Of a stretch of 64,000 bases of DNA, positions 9,922-19,785 are shown piece after piece. A program made the position numbers and the translations under genes. Numbering within the stretch: position 1 is the stretch's first letter; each line of letters opens with the position of its first letter. The notes beneath the pieces are model-generated. The model was not told the origin of the DNA. It searched no databases and saw only the letters and a program-made list of their open reading frames with translations. This DNA is from an uncultured Nitrososphaerota archaeon (lineage in GTDB: Archaea; Thermoproteota; Nitrososphaeria; Nitrososphaerales; CADDZS01): the NCBI GenBank assembly GCA_963799845.1, contig CAWCYI010000004.1:544001-608000 (forward strand). Direction: 5' to 3'.

Positions 9922-12525
9922 TTAGAGCGTTGAGGAATATTTTTTCTTTTCAGTGTCGACAGATTTTCGCTTGATCACTGCCTGAGCCGACGCAAGACGG
10001 GCGATAGGTACTCTGTAGGGCGAGCATGAAGTATAGTTTACTCCGACTTCGTTGATGAAGAATTCGATGCTCTCCGGATCTCCTCCGGTCTCTCCGCAAA
10101 CTCCCACTTCTAGTTTCGGATTTTGCAGACGTCCATCTTCGGTTGCGATCTTCATCAACCTACCTACTCCTTTCTTGTCGATTACTTCGAACGGATTGTT
10201 GGGAAGGATCTTCTCCTCCACGTACTTTACCAGAAACTTTCCCTCAGCGTCATCGCGAGACATACCGAACGTCATCTGGGTAAGGTCGTTTGTCCCGAAA
10301 GAGAAAAAGTCCGAGTATTTTGCGATCTCGCCGGCGGTAACAGCTGCCCGGGGAGTCTCGATCATCGTACCGACGGGAGAATCTGGGAGTATTCTCTTGA
10401 TCAGTTCACGAAGGCGGACGAGCTCGTTTGCTTCGGAAGTGAGGGGTAGCATGATCTCCGCCCTAACATCAATTCCCTTGGCCTCGACGGCGACCTTCGC
10501 TTCTGCGATAGCCTGGGCCTGCATCTCATAGATCTCTGGATATGTCATTCCAAGTCTGATCCCCCTGTGTCCGAGCATCGGGTTATCCTCCTTCAGGCTG
10601 GGAAGTTTCTTTGCAATCAATTCGCCGAGCTCGGGGCTCGCCGGTGCGTGGAGAAATTCGTGCTGCGGTAGGTCGAGCAATCGTATGACGACCGGACGCC
10701 CCTTCGCCGCCAGAAAAATATCGTAAAAGTCCCTCTTCTGGAATTCCTTCAATTTTTCGAGCCACTTTTTCCTCTCCTCAGTGCTCGAAGAAATAATCAT
10801 CCTCTGCACGAAAGGCAGGCGGATCTTTGCGTTGAACATCCTCTCCGTACGAACCAGACCAAAGCCCTCTGCGCTGAACTCGATCGCTTTCGCAACCATC
10901 GTGGGGGTATCCGCGTTGGCCCACACTCCAGTCTTCCTGAACTTGTCCGCAAGTCTGAGAAGTCTATCGAGATCGCCTGAAATTTCGGGATCCACGAGCG
11001 GCGCCGAACCCAGTATAACATCCCCCGTTCCACCGTCAATGGTGATGATATCACCCTCGTTGATCAGAACATCACCGGCCTGGGCAAAATTGTTTGATAT
11101 CAGCAGAGTCTCCGCCCCGACGACAGCAGGCTTACCCATCCCCCTAGCTACCACGGCAGCGTGGCATGTCTTCCCTCCCCTTTGGGTCAGGACACCCTGA
11201 CTCGCGATCATTCCGTGTATATCTTCTGGGGCGGTCTCTCTTCGGACAAGTATCACGCTCTCTCCCAGCTTTCCCAGCTCGGCAGCTTTGTTCGTGTCAA
11301 AGATAGCTTTTCCAACCGCTGCACCCGGGCTCGCTGCGATACCGCGAACCAGTATGTCAATGTGGGCTTCAGGATCAATATGTTTGTGAAGCACTTGATC
11401 GAGCGAAGCGGGATCGACTCTCATCACGGCCTCCTCCTCAGTTATTGTACCTTCACTGACCATGTCGAGTACTATTTTCACGGCAGCCTGTGCAGTCCTC
11501 TTTCCCGTCCTTGTCTGCAGCATCCACAATTTTCCGTTTTCCACGGTAAATTCAAAATCCTGCATATCGCGGTAGTGCTTCTCAAGAAGCCCGCTGATTC
11601 GGGAGAGTTGCCCGTAGAGGTCCGGCATGCTTTCTTCGATCTCCTCAATCGAAAACGGCGTCCTGGCGCCTGAGACCACGTCCTCGCCCTGTGCATTTAT
11701 CAAAAATTCCGCAAAGAGTTTTTTCTCGCCGGTGCTCGGATTTCTGGTGAATCCGACGCCCGAGCCAGAGTTGTCTCCGGTGTTTCCGAACACCATCGCG
11801 ATAATGCCGACTGCGGTTCCCATCTTGTCGTCGATTTTGTAAAAGCGTCTGTACTCAATCGCGCGCTTACCATTCCACGATTGGAGCACGGCTTCGATCG
11901 CCCGCCGCAGCTGGTCTTTCGGATCGCTGGGAAACTCTCGGCCGGTTTCTTCTCTGAACAGTGCCTTAAAGTCGCGGACAAGATCTTTCAGATCACTAGA
12001 ATCGAGCTCGACGTCGCTCTTGACCCCCTTCGATTTCTTTTTCTTCTCGATGAGGTCCTCGAATTTGTTGCCGTCGATCCTCTCCACGATCTTTCCATAC
12101 ATCTGAATAAATCGGCGGTACGCGTCGTAAGCAAACCTCTCATTGCCAGTCGAGGTCTGGAGATATTGCACCACCTCATCATTTAAGCCGAGGTTCAGGA
12201 TGGTGTCCATCATTCCGGGCATCGAAAGGGGCGCTCCACTGCGAACCGATACAAGAAGTGATTTGCCAAACTTCTTGTCTGTCCTTTCCTCGACTACTCT
12301 CAATTTTGTCAGGACTGTCGGCATGAGATCCTCCGGAAATTTCATGCCACTCTCGTAGTATTCAGAACAGACTCGCGTCGAAATTATGATGCCAGGAGGA
12401 ACCGGTAGTCCCGCGTGAGTCATCTCGACGAGGCCGTGTCCTTTGCCGCCGAGGACGTCTTTTCCTAGGCCGTAGGCCTCTTCCAGAAGATATACATTCT
12501 CAGAAAGAGCAGTCTGAGTCGTCAA
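9922..12525 (-). CDS. ppdK: Pyruvate, phosphate dikinase
   Basis: LGGKG, VSVRSGA..SMPGMMDTILNLG, GG.TCHAAVVARG phospho-His motif, SFGTNDLTQ. Confidence 0.97.
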   Translation of the reverse strand: MTTQTALSENVYLLEEAYGLGKDVLGGKGHGLVEMTHAGLPVPPGIIISTRVCSEYYESGMKFPEDLMPTVLTKLRVVEERTDKKFGKSLLVSVRSGAPLSMPGMMDTILNLGLNDEVVQYLQTSTGNERFAYDAYRRFIQMYGKIVERIDGNKFEDLIEKKKKSKGVKSDVELDSSDLKDLVRDFKALFREETGREFPSDPKDQLRRAIEAVLQSWNGKRAIEYRRFYKIDDKMGTAVGIIAMVFGNTGDNSGSGVGFTRNPSTGEKKLFAEFLINAQGEDVVSGARTPFSIEEIEESMPDLYGQLSRISGLLEKHYRDMQDFEFTVENGKLWMLQTRTGKRTAQAAVKIVLDMVSEGTITEEEAVMRVDPASLDQVLHKHIDPEAHIDILVRGIAASPGAAVGKAIFDTNKAAELGKLGESVILVRRETAPEDIHGMIASQGVLTQRGGKTCHAAVVARGMGKPAVVGAETLLISNNFAQAGDVLINEGDIITIDGGTGDVILGSAPLVDPEISGDLDRLLRLADKFRKTGVWANADTPTMVAKAIEFSAEGFGLVRTERMFNAKIRLPFVQRMIISSSTEERKKWLEKLKEFQKRDFYDIFLAAKGRPVVIRLLDLPQHEFLHAPASPELGELIAKKLPSLKEDNPMLGHRGIRLGMTYPEIYEMQAQAIAEAKVAVEAKGIDVRAEIMLPLTSEANELVRLRELIKRILPDSPVGTMIETPRAAVTAGEIAKYSDFFSFGTNDLTQMTFGMSRDDAEGKFLVKYVEEKILPNNPFEVIDKKGVGRLMKIATEDGRLQNPKLEVGVCGETGGDPESIEFFINEVGVNYTSCSPYRVPIARLASAQAVIKRKSVDTEKKKYSSTL

Positions 12526-12904
12526 AATGCAATACCGGTAGTATTTTCTCTTACTGCTCTATATTTAGGTACCTTTTGTGTAAGTAGGATTCCTCTAGAA
12601 CTTCCATAAAACGGGCAAAAGACGCGAAAATTTTTCCATTCGATGATTTCGGCGAAGAACACGGCGAGGGAATGTATCTGAAATCTAATAGAACGATTTA
12701 TTCAACGCCGGATTGAATCCGGGAAACCGATCTACCGAAATTTAAAACCCTTCAAACCATTCGACGACAGTTAGCAAGGAATCCTAATGGACGGTTAACA
12801 GAGCCAAGAATTCAGTTGATTCGCAACTTTGCGTTTTCGAAGGGTCTTCCTGTTCTTCTTCTCGTACCTTTGGTTTTTTTTGCTTCCCAATGTAATTGTT
12901 TAAC

Positions 12905-13122
12905 CTTTATTGATTTATTATGCAATTTTTACCCTGTTCTACACGGGAGCGCAATTCTGCGTACCGAAGAGCTCATTTCAAGCCATTGTAAAGTGGGGGG
13001 CCCTCTTGGTGGAGCTCCGCATCCGCGCGTATGAACTCGTAGATTTATTTTCTAGCAGCTCGTTTCAAGCTCCGTTTGATTGAAACAGCTACTTCTTGGC
13101 TATCAGATCGATCGCAGCTCAA
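12905..13122 (+). repeat. AGCT-rich dispersed intergenic repeat, copy A (degenerate long form)
   Basis: Matches the tail of copy B (ATTGATT.ATT...CCGAAGAGCT) and, reverse-complemented, the left part of copy C (GGGCCC block, AGCTGTTTCAAT, GAAACGAGCTG). Confidence 0.7.
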
Positions 13123-13273
13123 GGAACTACTGAGCACCAGATTCGTCAGGTATCCTATTCCCTCACACCACCCAAGATCACAACCAGATCTCCCCTCGTG
13201 ACGTGAAAACTCCCAGATCAAGACAAAATTCGTAAATATCCGTTGATATTAAGATATTAGCTGATTTTTAATA

Positions 13274-14008
13274 ATGTCCCAGCAGTGCGAGGTCTGCGAG
13301 TGCGCGGACGACTCCTGCGAGCCGTGCAAGAGCCAAGCTTGCCTCCAGAAAAACTGCTACTCCTGCTGCTGCGTAGAGTCACACAGCGAGTGGAGGAAGC
13401 GGAGAATCCACCGCGGATTGCAGATCGAATATCTCAGCGTCGTCTGGATGCTGGTCGAAGTCGTAGGAGCCTTCGCCGCGGGAATCGCTGCTTCAAGCTT
13501 CGCTTTACTTGCCTTCGGGTCTGATTCCGTGATCGAACTGGCATCAGCTTTCGTGGTGTTAAGGCATCTTAGGATAGACGACTCCGGTTCGAACGCTCAG
13601 GGCGAAAGGACGGCACTGCTGACGAGCATACTTTTGATCTCAATCGTTCCGGTGATCGGTATAGGTTCGACGTACGCCTATTTTGTATTGAAAATTCATC
13701 CTCAACCGTCAGTTATAGGCATCGCTATCGCACTCGGTTCCGTGATAATAATGCCGATCCTCTGGCGCGAAAAGAGTAAGATCGGCCGCGAGACAGGTTG
13801 TCTTCCGTTGTCTATCGACGCGATGGAATCCGCAGCGTGCTTTCTCATGGCGCTCGCGCTGCTCGGTGGACTAGTTGGAGAGTACCTCTTCAAATTAGGT
13901 TGGCTGGACTACGCCGCGACTCTCGTAATCCTGGGCTTTGTAGCCTTCGAGGCAAAGGAATCATTCGAAGAGGCTAGAAATCACTTTGTCAACTTTGTTA
14001 GGAAGTAG
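13274..14008 (+). CDS. CDF/cation-efflux-like membrane protein with Cys-rich N-terminus
   Basis: 11 Cys in first 34 aa; S.ALLAFG.DS.IE..S, DA.E...C, W.D..A motifs. Confidence 0.85.
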   Translation: MSQQCEVCECADDSCEPCKSQACLQKNCYSCCCVESHSEWRKRRIHRGLQIEYLSVVWMLVEVVGAFAAGIAASSFALLAFGSDSVIELASAFVVLRHLRIDDSGSNAQGERTALLTSILLISIVPVIGIGSTYAYFVLKIHPQPSVIGIAIALGSVIIMPILWREKSKIGRETGCLPLSIDAMESAACFLMALALLGGLVGEYLFKLGWLDYAATLVILGFVAFEAKESFEEARNHFVNFVRK

Positions 14009-14165
14009 ATTCTCAGGAAATAACCGGGGGACTCATTAGAGCTTTGCGGACTGGATTTCCACTTTTTTTCATCATTTCGTCGATCAAGCCAAAGGACAAG
14101 CCCGTGGCGGTCACGACATGAATTAAGACGCAATAATTTTTAGGCAAACGCGGTACTATTTCGAT

Positions 14166-15202
14166 TCTCTTTTCCGACAATTATTTCGCAAGCTGGTAAA
14201 CAGGAGTAGACTGGGAGAGTTTTGGAAGAGCGTAACAAAGCGTTACGAGAAACATGTGCCCGCGAAGCTTGATAGCGACAAGATCAGTTACCTCTTCAGA
14301 GCTAGAGAAAGGGGCGAGACCTGCGCAAACATTGCTCTCCAGCTCGGGGTGTCAAAGAGGAGGGTTGAGCAGATACTTGCCCAGCATAGGAAAGGTGGGG
14401 GTGTGCCTCTCCTCCTCAAGAAACCAGGAAGGAAAAGCATTCCAATTACCGACGAGGAAACTTCGCTCGTCATTGATGCTTATCAGAGATATAGGGCAAA
14501 CGCCCTCTACCTTGAACGAAAGATCGAGTGCGATAGCAAGATTCACATCAACCACAACAGGATACACAGGGTGCTCCTGATGAACTCCTTTGCGTCAAAC
14601 TCTAGGAAGAAGTGGATAAGGAGAAAGTGGGTCAGATACGAGAGGGAACACTCGAATTCATTATGGCATACGGACTGGCACGAGGTAAAGGATCCGAGGT
14701 GGAAGGGCAAGTGGCTCACCTGCTATGAAGATGATGCTTCTCGTCTCATTACCGGATTTGGGGTCCATGAAACGCTGACCTCGGAGTACTCTGTTTCCTG
14801 TCTTGAGAGCGCCATGAAGGAACACGGCAAACCTGCATCGATCCTATCCGACCACGGAACCACATTTTACACGATGGAATCTGAGAGGAGGGAGAAGGGG
14901 ATGACAGAATTCGAGAGGTGTCTCTTGAAGCACAAGATAAGATTCATCCTCGGAAGAGTCAACCACCCCCAGACGAACGGCAAGATCGAGAAGTTCTTCG
15001 ACATATTCGAGAGTAAGATCAAGTGGTTCTCCTCGATAGATGAGTTCATGAAGTGGTACAATGAAGTGAGGCCTCATGGAGCCCTTGACCTCAAGACGCC
15101 AACCCAGGCTTACTACGAGAAGATGCCGCAGTTAGATGCTCTTGAATATCCTTTGTCTATGGAGGTCTCCTGACAGATGCGAAATGATTTCTGGAAAAAA
15201 CA
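14166..15202 (+). mobile_element. IS481-family insertion sequence with 14-bp target duplication
   Basis: Imperfect 25-bp TIRs 14166-14190 and 15178-15202; GGTACTATTTCGAT at 14152-14165 and 15203-15216. Confidence 0.9.
14256..15173 (+). CDS. IS481-family DDE transposase
   Basis: RYER.H.NSLWHTD, EDDASR, ILSDHG, HPQTNGKIE, YN.VRPH.AL...TP. Confidence 0.93.
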   Translation: MPAKLDSDKISYLFRARERGETCANIALQLGVSKRRVEQILAQHRKGGGVPLLLKKPGRKSIPITDEETSLVIDAYQRYRANALYLERKIECDSKIHINHNRIHRVLLMNSFASNSRKKWIRRKWVRYEREHSNSLWHTDWHEVKDPRWKGKWLTCYEDDASRLITGFGVHETLTSEYSVSCLESAMKEHGKPASILSDHGTTFYTMESERREKGMTEFERCLLKHKIRFILGRVNHPQTNGKIEKFFDIFESKIKWFSSIDEFMKWYNEVRPHGALDLKTPTQAYYEKMPQLDALEYPLSMEVS

Positions 15203-15254
15203 GGTACTATTTCGATAATAAAATCAATATAGGTCCCTCCTTCACGAGTGATCC

Positions 15255-15623
15255 ATGAGTGACGATAAAGAACTACGAGAATTGCTTGCAGATAGTATAG
15301 ATGCGGTAAAGGAATTATTAGAGGAATACGACGCTACTATAGCGGTCTATGCGAAACGAGAAACGGGAACAACTGAAGAAATTCGCGATGCAAGATTAAA
15401 TCGAGAGTTATTCATTGAATCCCGATTCAATCTCTCGAATACATTAACTGTTTTGAGCTTGTTAGAATTGTTTGTCGATAGCTTTTCTAAGAAAATCGGA
15501 AGCTTATCCGAAAATGCCGATAAAGTCCGAGAACTCCTTGAGAAGATGAACCTCGAAATCGACAAGGCAACGGAACGCTCTCAGGAGAGGCGAAGCAATT
15601 TATCGCTAGGTCTTCACCATTAG
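15255..15623 (+). CDS. Hypothetical helical/coiled-coil protein
   Basis: 122-aa ATG ORF with amphipathic helices. Confidence 0.6.
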   Translation: MSDDKELRELLADSIDAVKELLEEYDATIAVYAKRETGTTEEIRDARLNRELFIESRFNLSNTLTVLSLLELFVDSFSKKIGSLSENADKVRELLEKMNLEIDKATERSQERRSNLSLGLHH

Positions 15624-15629
15624 CGTTTC

Positions 15630-16403
15630 CTACTTTGTCAACTTTGCGAAACGATGATCCTGGGACTTCCAGACCTCGATGCCCGCTCGGTTTGCGGCGG
15701 CGAGGACATTGTCGTTTATCCGAAAGCAGACGATTGCGGTCCTCACCTTTGTCGGCACGTGGTCTCTTTCAAATCCTGCAGCGAGCCGAAGTATCTGTCC
15801 AACCGCAGAATCGTTTGCCTGCCGCTCGACCTCAACCATTAGAAACGAGCCGCGTGAGTCCGTGAAAAGAAGATCAGTCTTGCCGGTAGGTGTCGTCTGC
15901 TCGGAAGAATGGAATACAAGGCCAGGTTCTAGCTTTTCCGGATCGCTCCTGAGAGTTTCCATGAGCGTCTCCTCCATCTCCCCCGGCAGCTCGACCAAAT
16001 TTGGGAGTGAACCCTTCAAAAATGAAATCCCGTCAAGAAGGCTGTAGTAACGTTCTCCGACCTTGCATGGAAAAACGTACACCGGCCTCGCATCTCCACC
16101 GTCACCCAGCTCACTCACCAGAAGGACCGGCGTATTCTGGAGGTTTAGTTTCTTTGATCCAGAGATCGGCAGCGTATTCCCACCGGAAGCGACGACCGAC
16201 CCGCGTGCTTGAGGCTTTATCCTTCGGATCTCCTCGACGGCGCGCTTCATATCCTGTATGGGGATCTTTGATCTCTCTAACAGGGACACGCGAACGTCGC
16301 GTGACTCTAACTTCGAGACTTCGGCCAAGACGGACTCTAGTTGTTTAGTTCCGCCAGAGTTCTTGTCGTAAAATGCCGCGATCTCGAGCAACTGGTAGAA
16401 CAA
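15630..16403 (-). CDS. NucS-like PD-(D/E)xK endonuclease domain protein
   Basis: E..L...L..DPE.LEPGL, TG.TDLLF.D, VEVER, AVGQILR at C-terminus; unknown N-terminal domain. Confidence 0.75.
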   Translation of the reverse strand: MFYQLLEIAAFYDKNSGGTKQLESVLAEVSKLESRDVRVSLLERSKIPIQDMKRAVEEIRRIKPQARGSVVASGGNTLPISGSKKLNLQNTPVLLVSELGDGGDARPVYVFPCKVGERYYSLLDGISFLKGSLPNLVELPGEMEETLMETLRSDPEKLEPGLVFHSSEQTTPTGKTDLLFTDSRGSFLMVEVERQANDSAVGQILRLAAGFERDHVPTKVRTAIVCFRINDNVLAAANRAGIEVWKSQDHRFAKLTK

Positions 16404-16531
16404 CTTTCAATTCTCGTTATATGCGTGATGCATCCAGAGTATTCAGAATCGCTATCGCAGATTCATCCCGCTTATTAGAGAAAAATGCAGCTTGTGAGTG
16501 CAATCATCTTTTTCTGAGTTGAAACCACCTG

Positions 16532-16867
16532 GTGCTGGATTCTTACTTTGCCGCAGCAAGACAGAGGAGGTCTCGCCTAGAGATCAAGATCACCATTTTG
16601 GACGCTATCTCGCATGGAAACCAACGGTTGGCGCACATCATGTATTACGCGAAACTGCCGCCAAGAATGTGTGGGAGCATCGTTCGTACGATGGAACAGC
16701 AGGGCCTTATCGAGATATTACCTCCCGAGGAAGGTCGGAAGATAAAGCGCTACGCCCTAACCGAGCGGGGAAAGAGGGCGCTCGACTCCTACGTCGCGAT
16801 AATCAAACAGCTGCAACTCGAATCTCTGGAAGAAGCTCCGCTGACCATCGAAGCTCGAAAAAACTGA
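16532..16867 (+). CDS. Winged-HTH regulator (HTH_45-like)
   Basis: RRSRLEI...IL.AI, HIMYYA.L, Y.LTERG. Confidence 0.85.
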   Translation: MLDSYFAAARQRRSRLEIKITILDAISHGNQRLAHIMYYAKLPPRMCGSIVRTMEQQGLIEILPPEEGRKIKRYALTERGKRALDSYVAIIKQLQLESLEEAPLTIEARKN

Positions 16868-16894
16868 AATCTATCTGTCCCTCAAGATATTTGA

Positions 16895-17464
16895 ATGGCA
16901 ACTGATCGAATATTCTGCCGGTTCAACCGTGGTAGATCCACTACGACCGGCAAGTTCGATGAAAGCCCGATGTCGCTCAGGGAAATTCCACCGGGCGGTC
17001 TATGCCTCTCCGCATTTCTTGTTCTCCGCGACGAAGACGGCAGAGTCCTGATGGGGAAGATCGATACGGAAGCGCCTTGGGATCATCTGGGTGCCCTGGA
17101 TCCTAAAAGAATCGAACTGCACCGAAAAGGATGGATGCTGCCGTCTTCTCACCTGATCGTCCACGAATCTCCTAGGGAAGCGGCAACAAGGATCGCTAAA
17201 GAGCAACTGGATCTGGATGAGCTTGCTTTATCAGAACCGAAGGTCGTTTCCGAAGTTTACCCGCCGAAATATTTTCCGGATATTGACGAGCATTGGGACA
17301 TCGAGTTCATCTTTTCTTCTGTTATCCCGAAAGAGGAAATCCCCACGAAAACGAGCGCATTCAGAGAAATCAAGATGCTTGATCCAAGGATGACGAAGAA
17401 ATCCGAGATAGCGAGATCTCACGAAGACGTACTCGCTTCCGCAGGCATTGTTCTAACTTCTTGA
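16895..17464 (+). CDS. NUDIX-fold hydrolase
   Basis: W.LPSSHL..HESPREAA.RIAKEQL degenerate Nudix box. Confidence 0.8.
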   Translation: MATDRIFCRFNRGRSTTTGKFDESPMSLREIPPGGLCLSAFLVLRDEDGRVLMGKIDTEAPWDHLGALDPKRIELHRKGWMLPSSHLIVHESPREAATRIAKEQLDLDELALSEPKVVSEVYPPKYFPDIDEHWDIEFIFSSVIPKEEIPTKTSAFREIKMLDPRMTKKSEIARSHEDVLASAGIVLTS

Positions 17465-19717
17465 AATAAGCGAGTGAACGATTTCAGGAGTAGCGGGCGC
17501 GAAGTTTATCTCAGATCCTCCGATGGCAGAAAGTGCGTCATTCAGAGCGTTGAATACTGCAGGATACGCAGCTATCGTCCCGCTCTCTCCGGCTCCCCGA
17601 GCTCCGTTGAGCGTGATCTTTGATGGAGTTTCTATGTGGTACACTTCAATGTCGGGGCTTTCCATCGACGACGGGATCAGATAGTCCATGAAGCTCGAAG
17701 TGAGTAGATGTCCTTCATGATCAAATACAAGTTCTTCGTAAATTGCGCCTCCGATCCCGTGTATGACACCGCCGTGGATCTGTCCATCGACTATCGCCAT
17801 GTTAATCACGCGGCCAGCATCATCCACCGCCACATACCTTTTGATCGCAATCTTTCCTGTCTCACGATCTAAGACAAGGGCGCAGAGATGTGCACCGCTT
17901 GCGAAGGTTGGAGCGCTCATCCTAAACTCGGTACTCGAAGAGATTTCGGTAACGCCTAACTTCGCAAAAAGATCTCCGATCGTCATCGAATCTCCAGAAG
18001 AACGTATCGCGCCACCGCGAAAATCAAATTGAAACTCATCTCCCATGACCTTCGACGCGTTCTCGACAAGTTGAGCCTTCAACTTTCGTGCAACCTCCAC
18101 AGCCGCGCTCCCCCCTGCTGCAATTGAGCGACTACCGAATGTCCCGGTTCCAAGCGGGATCAGATCGGTGTCCCCGTATACGACCCGGACCTTTTCGAGT
18201 GGAACGTCCATCTCCTGAGAGACTAGTTGCGCCAGCGTGGTCTCAAGCCCTTGACCATGCGGGGACGACCCGGTGAAAAGGACTAGAAATCCCCGTGCAT
18301 CCATGACGAGCTTGGCCGTCTCCGTAAATTGAGATCCAGTGTCCTCAATCTCGGTGCAAATTCCCAAACCCGCAACTCCACTGGAATTTTTCTCTAGTGA
18401 CTCGCGGTTGAATTTCTCTCTCCATTCGACCATCTCGCTATAGTCGCCGGATTTTTCAAGCGTGTCGAGAAGGAGTGGATAGTTCGCGCTGTCGTAGATG
18501 AAACCGGCCCCGTTGTCATACGGAAATTCTTCCGGCAGGATGATGTTTCTCCGTCGGAGCTCGACCGGATTGATCTTGAGCTCTTTGGCCATAATGTCAA
18601 CCGCTCTCTCGATGAAAAAGCAAGCTTCCGGCCTACCCGCTCCGCGCACTGGACCAGATGCCGCCTTGTTGGTCACGTAGACCGCCGCCTTCAGGTCGAG
18701 ATTTGGAATCCTGTAAGCGCCGGGGAGCAATCTGAGCGTCAATCCCGCCATGACACTAAGCGTGCCGGAAATCCCGGCATCTGTTTCGATATTCGCACGA
18801 AGAGCCACAAATTTTCCCTCGGCATCGCACGCAAGCTCAATATCGCAGTATTCGTCGCGGCCCGGTGCGGTCTCAAGGAGATCTTCGGTCCGCGTGGACA
18901 CCCATTTTACAGGTAGGCCGGTCATCCGTGAAAATATGCATGCGAGCGCATTCTCGGGGTTTGACTGCGCGCCCTTTGATCCAAAACCACCACCCACGTC
19001 CTTCACGATAACGTGAAACTTTTCCTTCGGCATCTTCAACTCCTGGGAAAGATAGATCTGCAGCCTGTTGGCAGACTGGACGGTCGCGTGGACCTCAAAG
19101 ATTCCGCTTTCCGTATCGTATCTTGCAAGGACGGCCCTCGATTCGATCGGAGTTGCAGCCTGTCGTTTGATTCCCATCCTTTCTCTGACCACGTGCGCGG
19201 CCGATTTTATCGCGGCATCCGCGTTGCCCTTCTTCGACTCGGTCCTCAGTGCGACGTTCTCCTTCCATTGTTCGAAGAGTAGCGGATTGTTTCTCTTCGC
19301 TTCTTCGATAGTTGTTATCGGCGGCAGCTCTTCGTATTCTACCTCGACGTCGTCTATCAAATCTTCCGCCGCGTACCTGCTTTTTGCCACGAGTGCGGCG
19401 ACGGCTTCCCCAACGTAGAGGGCTTTGTCTGCCGGCAGGTGGTAGCGGTTTGCTGGTTTTTGCATTGGGAACTGGACGAGCGGCGAGACGTCAAGCTTCA
19501 AGAGCTCCTCACCGGTCAGGGAAGCGATGAAATCGGGTGATTGCGCTGCTTTCGAGAAATCAATCTTCTTGATCTTAGCGTGCGCGTAAGGGCTCCTAAT
19601 TATTCCAAGATATGCCTGGTTTTCGAACTTTATGTCATCAACGTAGGTGCCGGCACCCGTTATCAGTCGAGCGTCTTCTACCCTGCCTTTTGGTTGCTGC
19701 TGATTTTCTCGATCCAT
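17453..19717 (-). CDS. Xanthine dehydrogenase/CoxL-family molybdopterin-binding large subunit
   Basis: R.ED.RLITG.G.YVDD, DVGGGFGSKG, PVRGAGRPEA, HGQG.ET, GTFGSRS, GAGESG. Confidence 0.93.
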   Translation of the reverse strand: MDRENQQQPKGRVEDARLITGAGTYVDDIKFENQAYLGIIRSPYAHAKIKKIDFSKAAQSPDFIASLTGEELLKLDVSPLVQFPMQKPANRYHLPADKALYVGEAVAALVAKSRYAAEDLIDDVEVEYEELPPITTIEEAKRNNPLLFEQWKENVALRTESKKGNADAAIKSAAHVVRERMGIKRQAATPIESRAVLARYDTESGIFEVHATVQSANRLQIYLSQELKMPKEKFHVIVKDVGGGFGSKGAQSNPENALACIFSRMTGLPVKWVSTRTEDLLETAPGRDEYCDIELACDAEGKFVALRANIETDAGISGTLSVMAGLTLRLLPGAYRIPNLDLKAAVYVTNKAASGPVRGAGRPEACFFIERAVDIMAKELKINPVELRRRNIILPEEFPYDNGAGFIYDSANYPLLLDTLEKSGDYSEMVEWREKFNRESLEKNSSGVAGLGICTEIEDTGSQFTETAKLVMDARGFLVLFTGSSPHGQGLETTLAQLVSQEMDVPLEKVRVVYGDTDLIPLGTGTFGSRSIAAGGSAAVEVARKLKAQLVENASKVMGDEFQFDFRGGAIRSSGDSMTIGDLFAKLGVTEISSSTEFRMSAPTFASGAHLCALVLDRETGKIAIKRYVAVDDAGRVINMAIVDGQIHGGVIHGIGGAIYEELVFDHEGHLLTSSFMDYLIPSSMESPDIEVYHIETPSKITLNGARGAGESGTIAAYPAVFNALNDALSAIGGSEINFAPATPEIVHSLISRS

Positions 19718-19785
19718 TCTGCCCCGTTCCTTTAGAAAAATAAAATTGGAAAAGTAAACTATTCCGAGACCTCATATGCCTTGTG

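Noticed and set aside
10052-12358. Many antisense and alternate-frame ORFs over ppdK, coxL, kdp, gdhA and other long genes
   Set aside because: Shadow ORFs of well-supported genes with no recognisable motifs.
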